Shown one piece after another: positions 8,317-19,577 of a stretch of 64,000 nt of DNA (position 1 is the stretch's first letter; the number at the start of each line of letters is the position of its first letter). The notes beneath the pieces were generated by a model. It had not been told where the DNA came from, made no database searches, and worked only from the letters and a program-made list of their open reading frames with translations. Where the stretch lies: NCBI GenBank assembly GCA_963785415.1, contig CAWAVB010000001.1, positions 1,821,125-1,885,124 on the forward strand, given 5' to 3'. The DNA comes from an uncultured Acidimicrobiaceae bacterium. Lineage in GTDB: Bacteria > Actinomycetota > Acidimicrobiia > Acidimicrobiales > Bog-793. The translations under genes were made by a program, and so were the position numbers.

Positions 8317-8381
8317 GAGAGGCTCCAGCACCTACCCGATCGCCGGGCCACGCGCGACCGCGCCTTGGGCTGCGCGCCGCG

Positions 8382-9521
8382 CTAATCCGTGACGAGTGGA
8401 ACCTCGAAGCTCATCTCGGTTCCCGATTCGGCACCGGGCGCGATCGTGAACGATCCTCCGAGGAGCTTGGCGCGCTCGGCCATGTTCGTGAGGCCCCTGC
8501 TCGCGGGGCTCGACTCGGTCGGCAGACCGATGCCGTCGTCGGAGACCGTGAGCCGGAGCCGGTGGTCCGCGACCTCGAGGCCGACATGGACCCGGCTGGC
8601 GTGCGCGTGGCGGGCGACGTTCGTCAGGGCTTCGCGCAGCACCGCGAGCATGTGCCCGGTGACGTGTTCGCTCACCTCGGTGTCGATCGGGCCGGAGACC
8701 GAGACGGATGGTTCGAAGCCCAGGCTGCGGACGGACTCGGCGCACAGCTCCGCCACACGTGTGCTCGGACTGCGTCGGCCGACCGGGAGGGGCTCGAGGG
8801 CGAAGATCGCCGTCCGGATCTGGCGGATCGTGTCGTCGAGGTCGTCGACCGCGGTGTGGATCACCCGCAACGCCTCCGGGGTCTGAATCATCCGGATCGT
8901 GCTCTGCAGCGACAGGCCGGTCGCGAACAGCCGCTGGATCACGGTGTCGTGGAGGTCGTGCGCGATCCGGGCGCGTTCGGCCGCGACGCCGAGCTCGCCC
9001 ACTTTGGCGTGCAACCGGGCGTTGTCGACGACGGTCCCGGCGGCCAGCGCAAGGGCCTGCAGGATGTCGCCGTCCTCCTCGGTGAACTCGTCGGCACCCA
9101 TCTTCTCGGTGAGGTAGAGGTTGCCGAAGACCTCCCCGTGGACGAGGATCGGCACCCCGATGAAGGAACGCATCGCCGGATGGTGGGCGGGGAAACCGAC
9201 CGAGGCCGGGTGTTTCGTGAGGTCGGCGAGTCGCAACGGGTGTTCGGTGTCGAAGATCATCCCGAGGATGCCCTCACCGCGCGGCAGGTGGTCGATTCGG
9301 TCGACCTCCTCGGGGGTGAACCCGACGTTCACGAACTGGGCGAGGCGTCCGGAACCGGGCTCGATCACGGCGAGCGCCCCGTAGCGGGCGTTGACGAGCT
9401 GGCGGGCCTGTTCGACGATGTCGCGGAGCGCGGCATCCAGGTCGAGGTCGGCTTCGAGGACGAGTACGGCGTCGAGCAGCTGCTGGAGGCGTTGCGCGTC
9501 GGACACCCGCCGGTAAGGCAT
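8382..9521 (-). CDS. cytoplasmic GAF-domain sensor histidine kinase (HisKA_3/NarL-partner type, DevS-like)
   Basis: GAF domain (GVPILVHGEVFGNLYLTEK), H-box (RARIAHDLHDTVIQRLF) and ATPase boxes (LTNVARHA, DDGIG, GLTNMAERA) are present. No TM segment. The start ATG at 9521 was checked in frame. Confidence 0.88.
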   Translation of the reverse strand: MPYRRVSDAQRLQQLLDAVLVLEADLDLDAALRDIVEQARQLVNARYGALAVIEPGSGRLAQFVNVGFTPEEVDRIDHLPRGEGILGMIFDTEHPLRLADLTKHPASVGFPAHHPAMRSFIGVPILVHGEVFGNLYLTEKMGADEFTEEDGDILQALALAAGTVVDNARLHAKVGELGVAAERARIAHDLHDTVIQRLFATGLSLQSTIRMIQTPEALRVIHTAVDDLDDTIRQIRTAIFALEPLPVGRRSPSTRVAELCAESVRSLGFEPSVSVSGPIDTEVSEHVTGHMLAVLREALTNVARHAHASRVHVGLEVADHRLRLTVSDDGIGLPTESSPASRGLTNMAERAKLLGGSFTIAPGAESGTEMSFEVPLVTD

Positions 9522-9632
9522 GGCCCAAGCGTGCCACGCGGACCGCCTGGCCACGAAGCGTCGCAACTTTGTGCGATCTGGCGGGACCTTTGACTCTGAC
9601 CCCGTCAGGGAGGCCGAGCGCACAGTTGCCAG

Positions 9633-10217
9633 GTGGGAATCCGAATCATTGTCGTCGACGACAATGCCGCGGTCCGGCAAAGTATCGGGGAACTCCTTGC
9701 CAACGAGGTGGACTTCGAATGCGTCGGCGAGGCCGCGACAGTGGGGGACGCGGAGCTTCTCGTCGAGCACGCGCGCCCGGACGTCATCGTCCTCGACGTC
9801 CGCCTCCCCGACGGCGACGGCGTCGACCTGTGCCGAACGATCCGGTCGCACTACCCGGGCACGGCCTGCGTCATGCTCACCGCCTACACCGATGGCGACG
9901 CGCTCGTCGCCGCGCTCCTCGCTGGGGCGGCCGGTTACTTCCTGAAGCAGATCCGTGGTGGCGATCTCGTCTCGTGCATCCGGACGGTCTCCGCCGGGAG
10001 CCAGTTCCTCGACAGCGCCCTCATGGGCCATTCCGTCGCCTCGCTCGGCACCGGGTCGCAGTACGACCTCGACGCGACGGAGCTCTCGATCGTGCGAGGC
10101 GTGCTCGAGGGTCTGTCGAACGCCGAGATCGCCGCGGAGCTCTCTCTTCCCGAGGCGACCGTCGGCACCCGGCGTTCGCTTTGCTTCGACAAGGTGCGGC
10201 AGCACAGCGCTCGTTGA
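9633..10217 (+). CDS. NarL/LuxR-family response regulator
   Basis: Receiver domain (IRIIVVDD, VIVLDVRLPDGDG, MLTAY) plus a LuxR HTH (LSNAEIAAELSLPEATV). It is transcribed divergently from the kinase. Confidence 0.9.
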   Translation: MGIRIIVVDDNAAVRQSIGELLANEVDFECVGEAATVGDAELLVEHARPDVIVLDVRLPDGDGVDLCRTIRSHYPGTACVMLTAYTDGDALVAALLAGAAGYFLKQIRGGDLVSCIRTVSAGSQFLDSALMGHSVASLGTGSQYDLDATELSIVRGVLEGLSNAEIAAELSLPEATVGTRRSLCFDKVRQHSAR

Positions 10218-10517
10218 TCACGGGCGCCCACGCGATTCCGGGTGCGACGGGCCGCCGAATCCCGGTACTCGTCTGCCATCGCCACTCGGCGCGGTGACAC
10301 CAGCGCCGCCTGTGGCAGATGGACCAAGCGAAACACGGTCTCTGGAAGAGATTCCTGGTATCGCGACGGTGCATCGCGGCATTTGCTACGTCGGCCGAAA
10401 CGGCGATTCACCCGCCGGAGGAGCGACGACCGGCCGCCTCGCCGGGGCGCGCTCGAGCGCGAAGTTCCACCCGCCGCACGTCGTCGTGTTCGGCCGAACA
10501 AGGGCGCTTCCGGTCAG

Positions 10518-10588
<71 letters not shown>

Positions 10589-10693
10589 GCGCCCTCGGAG
10601 TGTAGTTGTGTGAGTTTGGTAACGAATGATCACGCGCCGCGCGGCCAGGCATTGCTGGGCACCCCCTTACGGTGCTGTTAAGGTCTGCAAGCC

Positions 10694-11671
10694 ATGTCTG
10701 TAGCTCTCGGTCTTGATGTCGGCGGGACGAAGATCCTTGCCGTCGCCGTCAACGGTGATGGCAATGTCATCAACGAATTCCGCGTGAAATCATCGAACTC
10801 GCGACGTCGGCTTCTCGATTCCCTCGAGGGCGCGACTGCCACACTTGTCGAGTCGCTCGGACCCCGCTCCGAGGAGCTCGTCGGGATCGGCGTCGGTGTG
10901 CCGGGGCTGCTCGACGGGCATGGGGTCTTGAACGAGGTCCCGAATCTGCCAGCCGTGTCCGGGACTCCGATGACGGCGGAGCTCTCCCGGCGACTCGGCC
11001 ACGTGTTCGAGCGCCGCGAGCGATTCCGCCTCGTCGTCGACAACGACGGGATGTGCTCCGCTGCCGGTGAGATCGCGTTCGGCGCCGCTCGGGGGCTGAG
11101 CGATGCGATCGTCGTGACGCTCGGGACCGGGATCGGCGGCGGCATCATCGCCGGTGGCCAGTTGCTGCGCGGCGGACGGGGCTTTGCCGGCGAGATCGGC
11201 CACATGGTCGTCGACATCGACGGCCCGCTGTGCGGTTGCGGTCGACGCGGGTGCTGGGAGCAGTACGTCTCCGGCTCCGGGCACGCCCGCCTGGCGCGCG
11301 CCGCGGCGTTGTCGGGCAAGGCGACCCGCATCGTCGAGGTGGCGGGCGGGAACGCCGACGGGATCAAGAGCGAGCACATCTTCGAGGCCGCCCGGGCTGG
11401 TGACCTCGAGGCGTGGGGGATCGTCGACACGATCGCGCGCTACCTCGCGCTTGGGATCGCGAATCTGGTCGAGGTCCTCGACCCGTTGGCGGTGATCCTC
11501 GGCGGGGGCATCATCCGTGACGGTGACCTGTTCATGCCCCTGACGAAGAAATACTTCGAGCAAACACGCCGCGGTTCTGGTGAGCGGTCCGTGGCGCTGC
11601 GTTCCGCCGAACTCGGTGACCGGTCCGGCGCGATCGGCGCCGCAGCACTCGCCCTCGGTCTGGTCGTCTGA
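10694..11671 (+). CDS. glk: ROK-family glucokinase
   Basis: LGLDVGGTK, GAARG, and the ROK zinc motif GHMVVDIDGPLCGCGRRGCWEQYVSG are present. Confidence 0.88.
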   Translation: MSVALGLDVGGTKILAVAVNGDGNVINEFRVKSSNSRRRLLDSLEGATATLVESLGPRSEELVGIGVGVPGLLDGHGVLNEVPNLPAVSGTPMTAELSRRLGHVFERRERFRLVVDNDGMCSAAGEIAFGAARGLSDAIVVTLGTGIGGGIIAGGQLLRGGRGFAGEIGHMVVDIDGPLCGCGRRGCWEQYVSGSGHARLARAAALSGKATRIVEVAGGNADGIKSEHIFEAARAGDLEAWGIVDTIARYLALGIANLVEVLDPLAVILGGGIIRDGDLFMPLTKKYFEQTRRGSGERSVALRSAELGDRSGAIGAAALALGLVV

Positions 11672-11680
11672 TCCGACGAG

Positions 11681-11755
11681 TCGGGGAGGCGGGATTCGAA
11701 CCCGCGACCTCCTGCTCCCAAAGCAGGCGCGCTAACCAAGCTGCGCCACTCCCCG
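11681..11755 (-). tRNA. tRNA-Pro (anticodon UGG)
   Basis: Reverse complement CGGGGAG TG GCGC AGCTTGGTTA GCGC G CCTGC TTTGGGA GCAGG AGGTC GCGGG TTCGAAT CCCGC CTCCCCG A. Confidence 0.93.
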
Positions 11756-11933
11756 CCTGACTGATCGTACGGGAGGAAACGCGGGCGCGGATGGTCCGTG
11801 GCCGCGAACCCGTGCCCTCGCGACCTCGACGCCCGCAGTCGTTGCCACGGCTCGCACGACGCGGCCGGGCGCGATGATGCGCCTCGAGTCCGGAATTTGC
11901 GGGACAAAACGACCGGTAGACTCCGGGGTCCAT

Positions 11934-13310
11934 ATGCGAACCTCCGTCGAACCCCTGGACAAGAACCGGTTCAAGCTCACCGTCGAGGTGGACGACGAGG
12001 AGGTGGCCAGGGCCGAGCGGGAGACGCTCACCCGGCTGTCACGCGAGGCGCGCATCCCGGGGTTTCGGCCGGGCCGGGTCCCCCGTCGACTGCTCGAGGC
12101 CCGTCTCGGGCCGAAGACGATCCGCGAGGAGGCGCTGCGCGACGTCCTGCCACGCCTGTACGGCGAGGCGGTGAAAGAGACCGAGCTCGACGTGATCGCC
12201 ACGCCGAAGATCGACATCACCTCCGGAGAGGAGACCGGGCCCGTTGCGTTCGACGCCGTCGTCGAGGTGCGGCCCGAGGTGTCGATCCCGGGCTACGAGG
12301 GGCTCGTCGTCACGGTGCCGACCCCGCTCGTCACCGAGGCCGACATCGACGCGCAGATCGACCGGATGCGCGAGCAGTTCGCCTTGCTCACCGAGGTCGG
12401 TCGTCCAGCCCGCGACGGTGACGTCGTGACGCTCGATGTGCACGGCAGCCGTGACGGGAAGCCCGCTGAAGGTCTCGTCGCCGATGACCTCGTCTACCAG
12501 GTGGGGTCCGGCGGTATCGCGCACGGGGTCGATGAACGCCTCGCCGGCGCGAAGGTCGGCGACATCTTCGAGATGGACGCCGACGACGCCCTGGGCGGGC
12601 CGGCGCACCTCCGCCTGTTTGTGAAACAAGTGCGCGAGAAGGTCCTGCCCGTCCCCGACGACGAATTTGCCTCCGACGCTTCGGAGTTCGAATCGCTCGC
12701 CGAGCTACGCGCCGACCTGTCGTCCAGGCTCTCCGTCGCCAAACGGCGCGAGGCGAACCTGCTGCTGCGCGCCCGAGCAGTGGATGCTCTCTGCGAGCTC
12801 GTCACCGACGAGATCCCGCAGGCGCTCGTCGTTCGCGAATCCCAGCAGCTCCTCGAGGATTTCGTCGAGCGTCTGGCGGCCCAGCAGGTCCTGCTGTCGA
12901 CCTACCTCGAGGTCACCGGGATCGACGAGCAACGGATGCTCGCCGATCTCGAAGCCCAGGCCTCGCGGGAGGTCCGGGCCGATCTCGCGTTGCGTGCCCT
13001 CGTCGCCGCCGAGCGCATCGAAATCGACGAGTCAGAACTCGACGAGGAGATCGTCCACCTCGCCGGACATGCGGGACAAACCCCGGCGCAGCTGCGGTCG
13101 AGCATCGACCGGAGCGGTGGTCTTGACGGACTACGATCGCAGCTCAGAAGGGCAAAGGCACTGAGCTGGCTCATCGAGCACGTTGGCGTTGTCGACGACG
13201 AGGGGAACCCGATGGATCGGGCGGCACTCCGGCTCGACGACGCCGACGGCAAAGCGGTGCACGACGAACCGGACCAGGAAACATCGCCCGTCGAGGAGGT
13301 TGAGCTGTGA
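11934..13310 (+). CDS. tig: trigger factor
   Basis: [19 protein letters not shown]...[10 protein letters not shown] ribosome-binding signature, followed by PPIase and C-terminal arms. It lies upstream of clpP/clpX. Confidence 0.93.
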   Translation: MRTSVEPLDKNRFKLTVEVDDEEVARAERETLTRLSREARIPGFRPGRVPRRLLEARLGPKTIREEALRDVLPRLYGEAVKETELDVIATPKIDITSGEETGPVAFDAVVEVRPEVSIPGYEGLVVTVPTPLVTEADIDAQIDRMREQFALLTEVGRPARDGDVVTLDVHGSRDGKPAEGLVADDLVYQVGSGGIAHGVDERLAGAKVGDIFEMDADDALGGPAHLRLFVKQVREKVLPVPDDEFASDASEFESLAELRADLSSRLSVAKRREANLLLRARAVDALCELVTDEIPQALVVRESQQLLEDFVERLAAQQVLLSTYLEVTGIDEQRMLADLEAQASREVRADLALRALVAAERIEIDESELDEEIVHLAGHAGQTPAQLRSSIDRSGGLDGLRSQLRRAKALSWLIEHVGVVDDEGNPMDRAALRLDDADGKAVHDEPDQETSPVEEVEL

Positions 13311-13936
13311 GCGGGTACGACTATCTCGTCCCGACGGTCGTCGAATCATCGAGCAAAGGGGAGCGCGCCTACGACCTGTATTCGCGGCTGCTCCGTGACC
13401 GCATCATCTTCATCGGCACGCCGATCGACGACAACGTCGCCAATCTCGTTTCCGCGCAGATGCTGTTCCTCGAGTCCGAGGACCAGGACAAGGACATCAA
13501 CATCTACATCAACTCGCCGGGCGGGGACATCACCGCGCTCTTCGCCATCTACGACACGATGAAGTACGTCCGTCCCGACAAGTCCACGTTCTGCTTCGGC
13601 CAGGCCGCTTCCGCCGCGGCCGTGTTGCTCGCGTCCGGCACGCGGGGCAAGCGGTTCGCCTTGCCGCACGCCCGGATCCTGCTCCACCAGCCCTACGGGG
13701 GCGCGGCCGGGCAGGCGACCGACATCGAGCTGCAGGCGAAGGAGATCCTCCGCATGCGCGACATGCTGAACGAGATGCTCGCCTCCGACACGGGGCAGTC
13801 GATCGAGAAGATCCAGCACGACACCGATCGCGACTTCATCATGAGTGCGGCTGAAGCGCGCGACTACGGTGTGATCGACGAGGTGATCACGAGCCGGGAG
13901 GCCATCGACGTGCTGTCGGCGGCCGGTGCCGCCTGA
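13307..13936 (+). CDS. clpP: ATP-dependent Clp protease proteolytic subunit
   Basis: INSPGGD is present, with the catalytic Ser in GQAASAAA, His in HARILLHQP and Asp in DTDRDF. The GTGA overlap with the tig stop suggests coupling. Confidence 0.95.
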   Translation: MSGYDYLVPTVVESSSKGERAYDLYSRLLRDRIIFIGTPIDDNVANLVSAQMLFLESEDQDKDINIYINSPGGDITALFAIYDTMKYVRPDKSTFCFGQAASAAAVLLASGTRGKRFALPHARILLHQPYGGAAGQATDIELQAKEILRMRDMLNEMLASDTGQSIEKIQHDTDRDFIMSAAEARDYGVIDEVITSREAIDVLSAAGAA

Positions 13937-13950
13937 ACGAGGGAGGGTAC

Positions 13951-15225
<1,275 letters not shown>

Positions 15226-16617
15226 CCGCTCGCGCTCCCACCGCTCGCCGGACGGCGAGTCCACCGGATCTCGCAGCGAATCACTGGGAGAGGTGCTCGC
15301 CTGGCTCGACCGGCACATCAACCTCGAAGCCATCGAGCGTGGTGTCGCCGGGCGGGCCGCCGAGCCGACCCTCGAGCGCATTGCGGCGCTCACGGCCGCG
15401 ATGGGCGATCCGGAGCGCTCGTTCCCGTGCATCCACATCACCGGGACGAACGGCAAGACCTCGACGACGCGGTTGTGCACGGCGCTCGTCATGGCCCAGG
15501 GCCTGTCGGTCGGCACCTACACGAGCCCGCACCTCGTCTCGCTGAACGAGCGGATCGCCTGGAACGGCGAACCGATCGGTGACGACGAGTTGTTCGACGT
15601 GCTGAGCCCGCTCGGCGCCCTCGAGGAGTTCATCCGGGCGGAGAACCCGGGGATGCTGGCGCCGACTTGGTTCGAGCTCATGACGGCCGCGGCCTACCGG
15701 TTCTTCGCCGACGTCGCGGTCGACGCCGGGGTGATCGAGGTGGGGCTCGGCGGCCGCTACGACGCGACGAACGTCGCCGACGGCGCCGTCGCCGTCGCGA
15801 CGAACGTCGAGCTCGACCACGTCTCGATCCTGGGCGGCACCCGGGCCAAGATCGCCTGGGAGAAGGCCGGAATCGTGAAGCCGGGCTGTGTCGCCGTCGT
15901 CGGCGACGAGGACGACGACATTGTCGCGGTGTTCGAGGACGAGGCCCGGCGGGTCGGTGCCGCCGCGTTCTGGCGCCGGGGGGTCGAGTTCGACTGCGTC
16001 GGCAACTTCGCGGCCCACGGCGGCCGCGTCGTCTCGGTGCGGACCCCGGGGGCCACCTACGAAGACCTGTTCGTGCCGCTCTACGGCGCCCACCAGGGTG
16101 ACAACGTGGCGATCGCCGTCGCCGCGGCCGAGGCGTTCTTCGGTGTACCGCTCGACGCCTCCGTGGTCGCCGAGGCGCTCGGATCGGCCCGCGTCCCGGG
16201 CCGGCTGGAGGTGCTCGGCCGCCGACCGCTCGTCGTCCTCGACGGCGCGCACAACCCCGCCGGCGCGGCCGCGCTCGGCGAGGCGCTCGGAGAGGACTTC
16301 GGGGTGGTCCGGCGGACCGTGCTCGTGTTCGGCTGTCTGAACGGCCGATCGCCCGGTGACGTCCTCGCCGCCTTGGGGCCCGACCGGATCGCCCACGTCG
16401 TCGCCTGCACGCCGCCCTCGCTCCGGGGAGTGCCCGCCGCCGACGTTGCCGCCGCGGCCGCCGGCCTCGGGCTCGAGGTGAGCATCGCCGACTCGGTGCC
16501 CGAGGCGCTCGCCGCGGCCCGCGGCCTCGTGGGCGCGGACGACCTCGTGCTTGTCACCGGGTCGCTCTACCTCGTTGGTGCGGCGCGGCGGCATCTCACC
16601 AGGTAGGGTCGGCACCG

Positions 16618-17028
16618 ATGGATCGCACACTCGTCATCTGCAAGCCAGATGCCGTCGCCCGCGGCCTCGTTGGGGAACTCATCGGCCGCATCGAGCGCAA
16701 GGGTCTCTGCATCGTCGCCGCCCGGCTGTTGCTCGTCGACGCCGAGCTCGCCAAGCGCCTGTACGAGGAGCACATCGAGAAGCCGTTTTTCGAGAATCTC
16801 GTCGCTTTCATCACGAGTTCGCCCTCGCTCGCGCTCGTCGTCGAGGGACCGCCGGAGGTGTGGACCGTCGTGCGGAACCTGATGGGCCCGACCGATCCTG
16901 CCAAGGCCCCGCCCGGCTCGATCCGGGGCGACCTTGCCACAACGACGCCGGCGAACGTCATCCACGGCTCCGACGGACCCGAGGCCGCGGCACGCGAGAT
17001 CGCACTGTTCTTCCCCGAACTCGGCTAG
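16618..17028 (+). CDS. ndk: nucleoside diphosphate kinase
   Basis: RTLVICKPDAV...NVIHGSD (active-site His); 136 aa. Confidence 0.96.
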   Translation: MDRTLVICKPDAVARGLVGELIGRIERKGLCIVAARLLLVDAELAKRLYEEHIEKPFFENLVAFITSSPSLALVVEGPPEVWTVVRNLMGPTDPAKAPPGSIRGDLATTTPANVIHGSDGPEAAAREIALFFPELG

Positions 17029-17128
17029 CGACCAGCGCTCGCCGTCCTAAGGGACCGACAGGTCGCCTTGTTCGGCCGCGGGCACTGCCCTAACCTGGGC
17101 GGACCGTCGTGTAGCGGGGAGCAGGCCA

Positions 17129-18160
17129 GTGAGGAATGCCACAAGCTGGGGCGTCGCGGGTCGCGACATGGCGGTCGACCTCGGCACCGCGAACACCCTC
17201 GTCTACGTGCGCGGCAAGGGAATTGTTCTGAACGAGCCCTCCGTCGTCGCGATCAACGTCCTCGACGGCCAGCCACTCGCCGTCGGCCACGAGGCGAAGC
17301 GGATGATCGGTCGGACGCCGAGCAACATCCAGGCGATCCGCCCCCTGAAAGACGGCGTCATCGCCGATTTCGAGATCTGCGAGATGATGCTCCGCTACTT
17401 CATTCGCAAGGTGCACCCGCGGCGGTTCTCCAAGCCCCAGATCGTGATCTGTGTGCCCTCGGGGATCACGGGCGTCGAGAAGCGCGCCGTCCAGGAGGCG
17501 GCGGAGTACGCGGGCGCGCGCCGTGCCTACATCATCGAGGAGCCGATGGCGGCGGCGATCGGGGCCGGGCTCCCGGTCCACGAGCCGACCGGGAACATGG
17601 TCGTCGACATCGGCGGCGGCACGACGGAGGTCGCCGTCATCTCGCTCGGCGGCATCGTGACGAGCCAGTCGATCCGCATCGCCGGTGATGAGCTCGACCA
17701 GGCGATCATCGCCTTCGCCAAGAAGGAGTACAGCCTCGCCCTCGGCGAGCGCACGGCCGAGGAGATCAAGATCACGATCGGCTCGGCCTGCGAGCTCGAG
17801 GAGGAGCTGCACGCCGAGATCCGCGGTCGGGACCTCGTCACGGGGTTGCCGAAGATGATCATCACCTCGACCCAGGACATCCGCCGGGCGATCGAGGAAC
17901 CGGTCGCGGCGATCGTCGATGCGATCAAGGCGACGCTCGACAAGACGCCCCCCGAGCTCGTCGCCGACGTGGCGAGCCAGGGTCTCGTCCTCACGGGCGG
18001 CGGCGCGCTCCTCCACGGTCTCGACGTGCGGCTGGCGGGCGAGACGAACATGCCGATCGTCGTGGCGCAGGACCCCTTGAACTGCGTCGCGATCGGCGGC
18101 GGGATGTGCCTCGAGAACATCGACGCCCTCCGCTCCCTGCTCGCCACGTCCAGTCGCTGA
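17129..18160 (+). CDS. mreB: rod-shape actin homolog MreB
   Basis: [29 protein letters not shown] and VLTGGGALL are present. Confidence 0.95.
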   Translation: MRNATSWGVAGRDMAVDLGTANTLVYVRGKGIVLNEPSVVAINVLDGQPLAVGHEAKRMIGRTPSNIQAIRPLKDGVIADFEICEMMLRYFIRKVHPRRFSKPQIVICVPSGITGVEKRAVQEAAEYAGARRAYIIEEPMAAAIGAGLPVHEPTGNMVVDIGGGTTEVAVISLGGIVTSQSIRIAGDELDQAIIAFAKKEYSLALGERTAEEIKITIGSACELEEELHAEIRGRDLVTGLPKMIITSTQDIRRAIEEPVAAIVDAIKATLDKTPPELVADVASQGLVLTGGGALLHGLDVRLAGETNMPIVVAQDPLNCVAIGGGMCLENIDALRSLLATSSR

Positions 18161-18179
18161 TCGCCTAGGGGCCCGGCGC

Positions 18180-19010
18180 ATGGCCGCCAACCGACGTACG
18201 AGCCAGCGGTTGACGCTGGTCATGCTCGTCCTCGCCTCGATCACCGTCCTCACGCTCGACTACCACGGCGAGGCGAGCCGCGCGATCACCCACGTCCGCA
18301 ACGCGGTGCGCGACGTCATCAGCCCGATCCAGCGCGGCATCGCCGCGGCGCTGCACCCGGTCGGCGACGTGTTCAGCGGGACGATCCACTACGGGTCGCT
18401 CGAGACCCAGAACCAGCAACTGCGCGAGGAGCTCGGCCAGATCCGCCTGAAGCTCGCCGCCGACGCCTTCGCCACGGCGCAGGCCGGACGCGTCCTCTCG
18501 CTCGCCCACCTGCCCTACGTCGCGGGCATCCCGATGATCGCGAGCGAGGTGATCGCGAACTCGACCTCGAACTTCCAGTCGACCGTCGAGCTCGACGGGG
18601 GTACTTCGTCGGGCATCGGGCCGGGCATGCCGGTCGTCGCCAACGCTGGCCTCGTCGGCACCGTCGTCTCCGCGTCATCGTCGACGGCGACCGTGCTGCT
18701 CGTCTCCGACCCGACGTCGTCGATCCCCGTTGTCATCGGGGGGACGGGCCTGTACCGGGCGGTCGGCGCCGGGTGGGGCCGCGCCCTTTCGCTCGACTAC
18801 GTCGGCGGGTCGACGGCGGTCCACCGCGGCGAGCTCGTCTACACGAGCGGGCTCGGCGGTGGGGCGTTGCCCGCCGGAATCCCGCTCGGTGTCGTGCGGA
18901 GCGTCCGGGTCTCGTCGGAGGGACTGTCGACCGCGGTCACGGTGACGCCACTCGTCAACCTCGACGACGTGCAGTTCGTCGACGTCCTCGAGTGGCTCGA
19001 GCCGGGCTAG
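18180..19010 (+). CDS. mreC: rod-shape protein MreC
   Basis: N-terminal TM, a coiled coil (LETQNQQLREELGQIRLKL), then a Gly/Val-rich beta domain (GMPVV...GLVGTVV). Position after mreB supports the call. Confidence 0.88.
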   Translation: MAANRRTSQRLTLVMLVLASITVLTLDYHGEASRAITHVRNAVRDVISPIQRGIAAALHPVGDVFSGTIHYGSLETQNQQLREELGQIRLKLAADAFATAQAGRVLSLAHLPYVAGIPMIASEVIANSTSNFQSTVELDGGTSSGIGPGMPVVANAGLVGTVVSASSSTATVLLVSDPTSSIPVVIGGTGLYRAVGAGWGRALSLDYVGGSTAVHRGELVYTSGLGGGALPAGIPLGVVRSVRVSSEGLSTAVTVTPLVNLDDVQFVDVLEWLEPG

Positions 19011-19040
19011 GTCGCCGGCCATGGCGCAAAGGGCGCGGAC

Positions 19041-19577
19041 GTGACCGGGGCGAACTGGGCGCGGCTCGTCCTCGTCGTCGCGGCCGGGCTCATCTTGCAG
19101 GTCTCCGTCCTCGATCAACTCACCGTCCTCGGGGCCCACCCCGACGTGATGATCCTCATCGCCGCGGCGGCCGGGATGGCCGCCGGACCCCAGCGGGGCG
19201 CCGTCGCCGGATTCGTGGCCGGGCTCGCCGCCGATCTCGTCGTCAACCTCCCCTTCGGGCTGTCGGCGCTCACCTTCGTCCTCCTCGGCTTCGGCACCGG
19301 TCTTTTGCGGGCGAACCTCGCGGCCCGGGAGGTCGAGACGACGCAGGCCGCGGCGTGCGCCGCCGCCGCCGCAGCCGGGACGATCCTTTACGCCATCCTC
19401 GGCGCGCTCACAGGGAGGTCGGGCATGCTCGGCCTGGTGACCATCTACGCCGTCGTCGACGTCACCCTCGGCGCCGTCGTGCTGGCCTGGCCCGTGCTGG
19501 CGTGCCTGCGGTGGGTCTTTGCTGGGTCGCGGGCGCGCCTCGGCCTCGTGGTGCCCCGCGGCGGGAGCGCCGTGTAG
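19041..19577 (+). CDS. mreD: rod-shape protein MreD
   Basis: Small polytopic hydrophobic protein directly after mreC. Confidence 0.8.
   Translation: MTGANWARLVLVVAAGLILQVSVLDQLTVLGAHPDVMILIAAAAGMAAGPQRGAVAGFVAGLAADLVVNLPFGLSALTFVLLGFGTGLLRANLAAREVETTQAAACAAAAAAGTILYAILGALTGRSGMLGLVTIYAVVDVTLGAVVLAWPVLACLRWVFAGSRARLGLVVPRGGSAV

Noticed and set aside
10080-10217. Suspicion that the NarL-type regulator is C-terminally truncated (194 aa, ends ...FDKVRQHSAR).
   Set aside because: The HTH aligns by eye through the recognition helix (EATVGTRRSLCFDKV corresponds to the consensus tVK.H...i..KL), so at most a few terminal residues differ. That is not enough to call a pseudogene.
10218-10517. A 300-nt gap between the response regulator and tRNA-Gly was checked for a small RNA, riboswitch or integrase att site.
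   Set aside because: I could not recognise any known RNA motif, strong hairpin or repeat of the tRNA 3' end by eye. The small ORFs here are Arg-rich and run into the tRNA. It is left unannotated; a covariance-model scan would be the proper test.
18773-19576. N-terminal 268 codons of the 958-aa ORF 18773..21649.
   Set aside because: This part overlaps mreC and mreD out of frame and is Arg/Gly/Pro-rich. PBP2-like sequence (TM helix, then transpeptidase boxes) begins only after about 19577.
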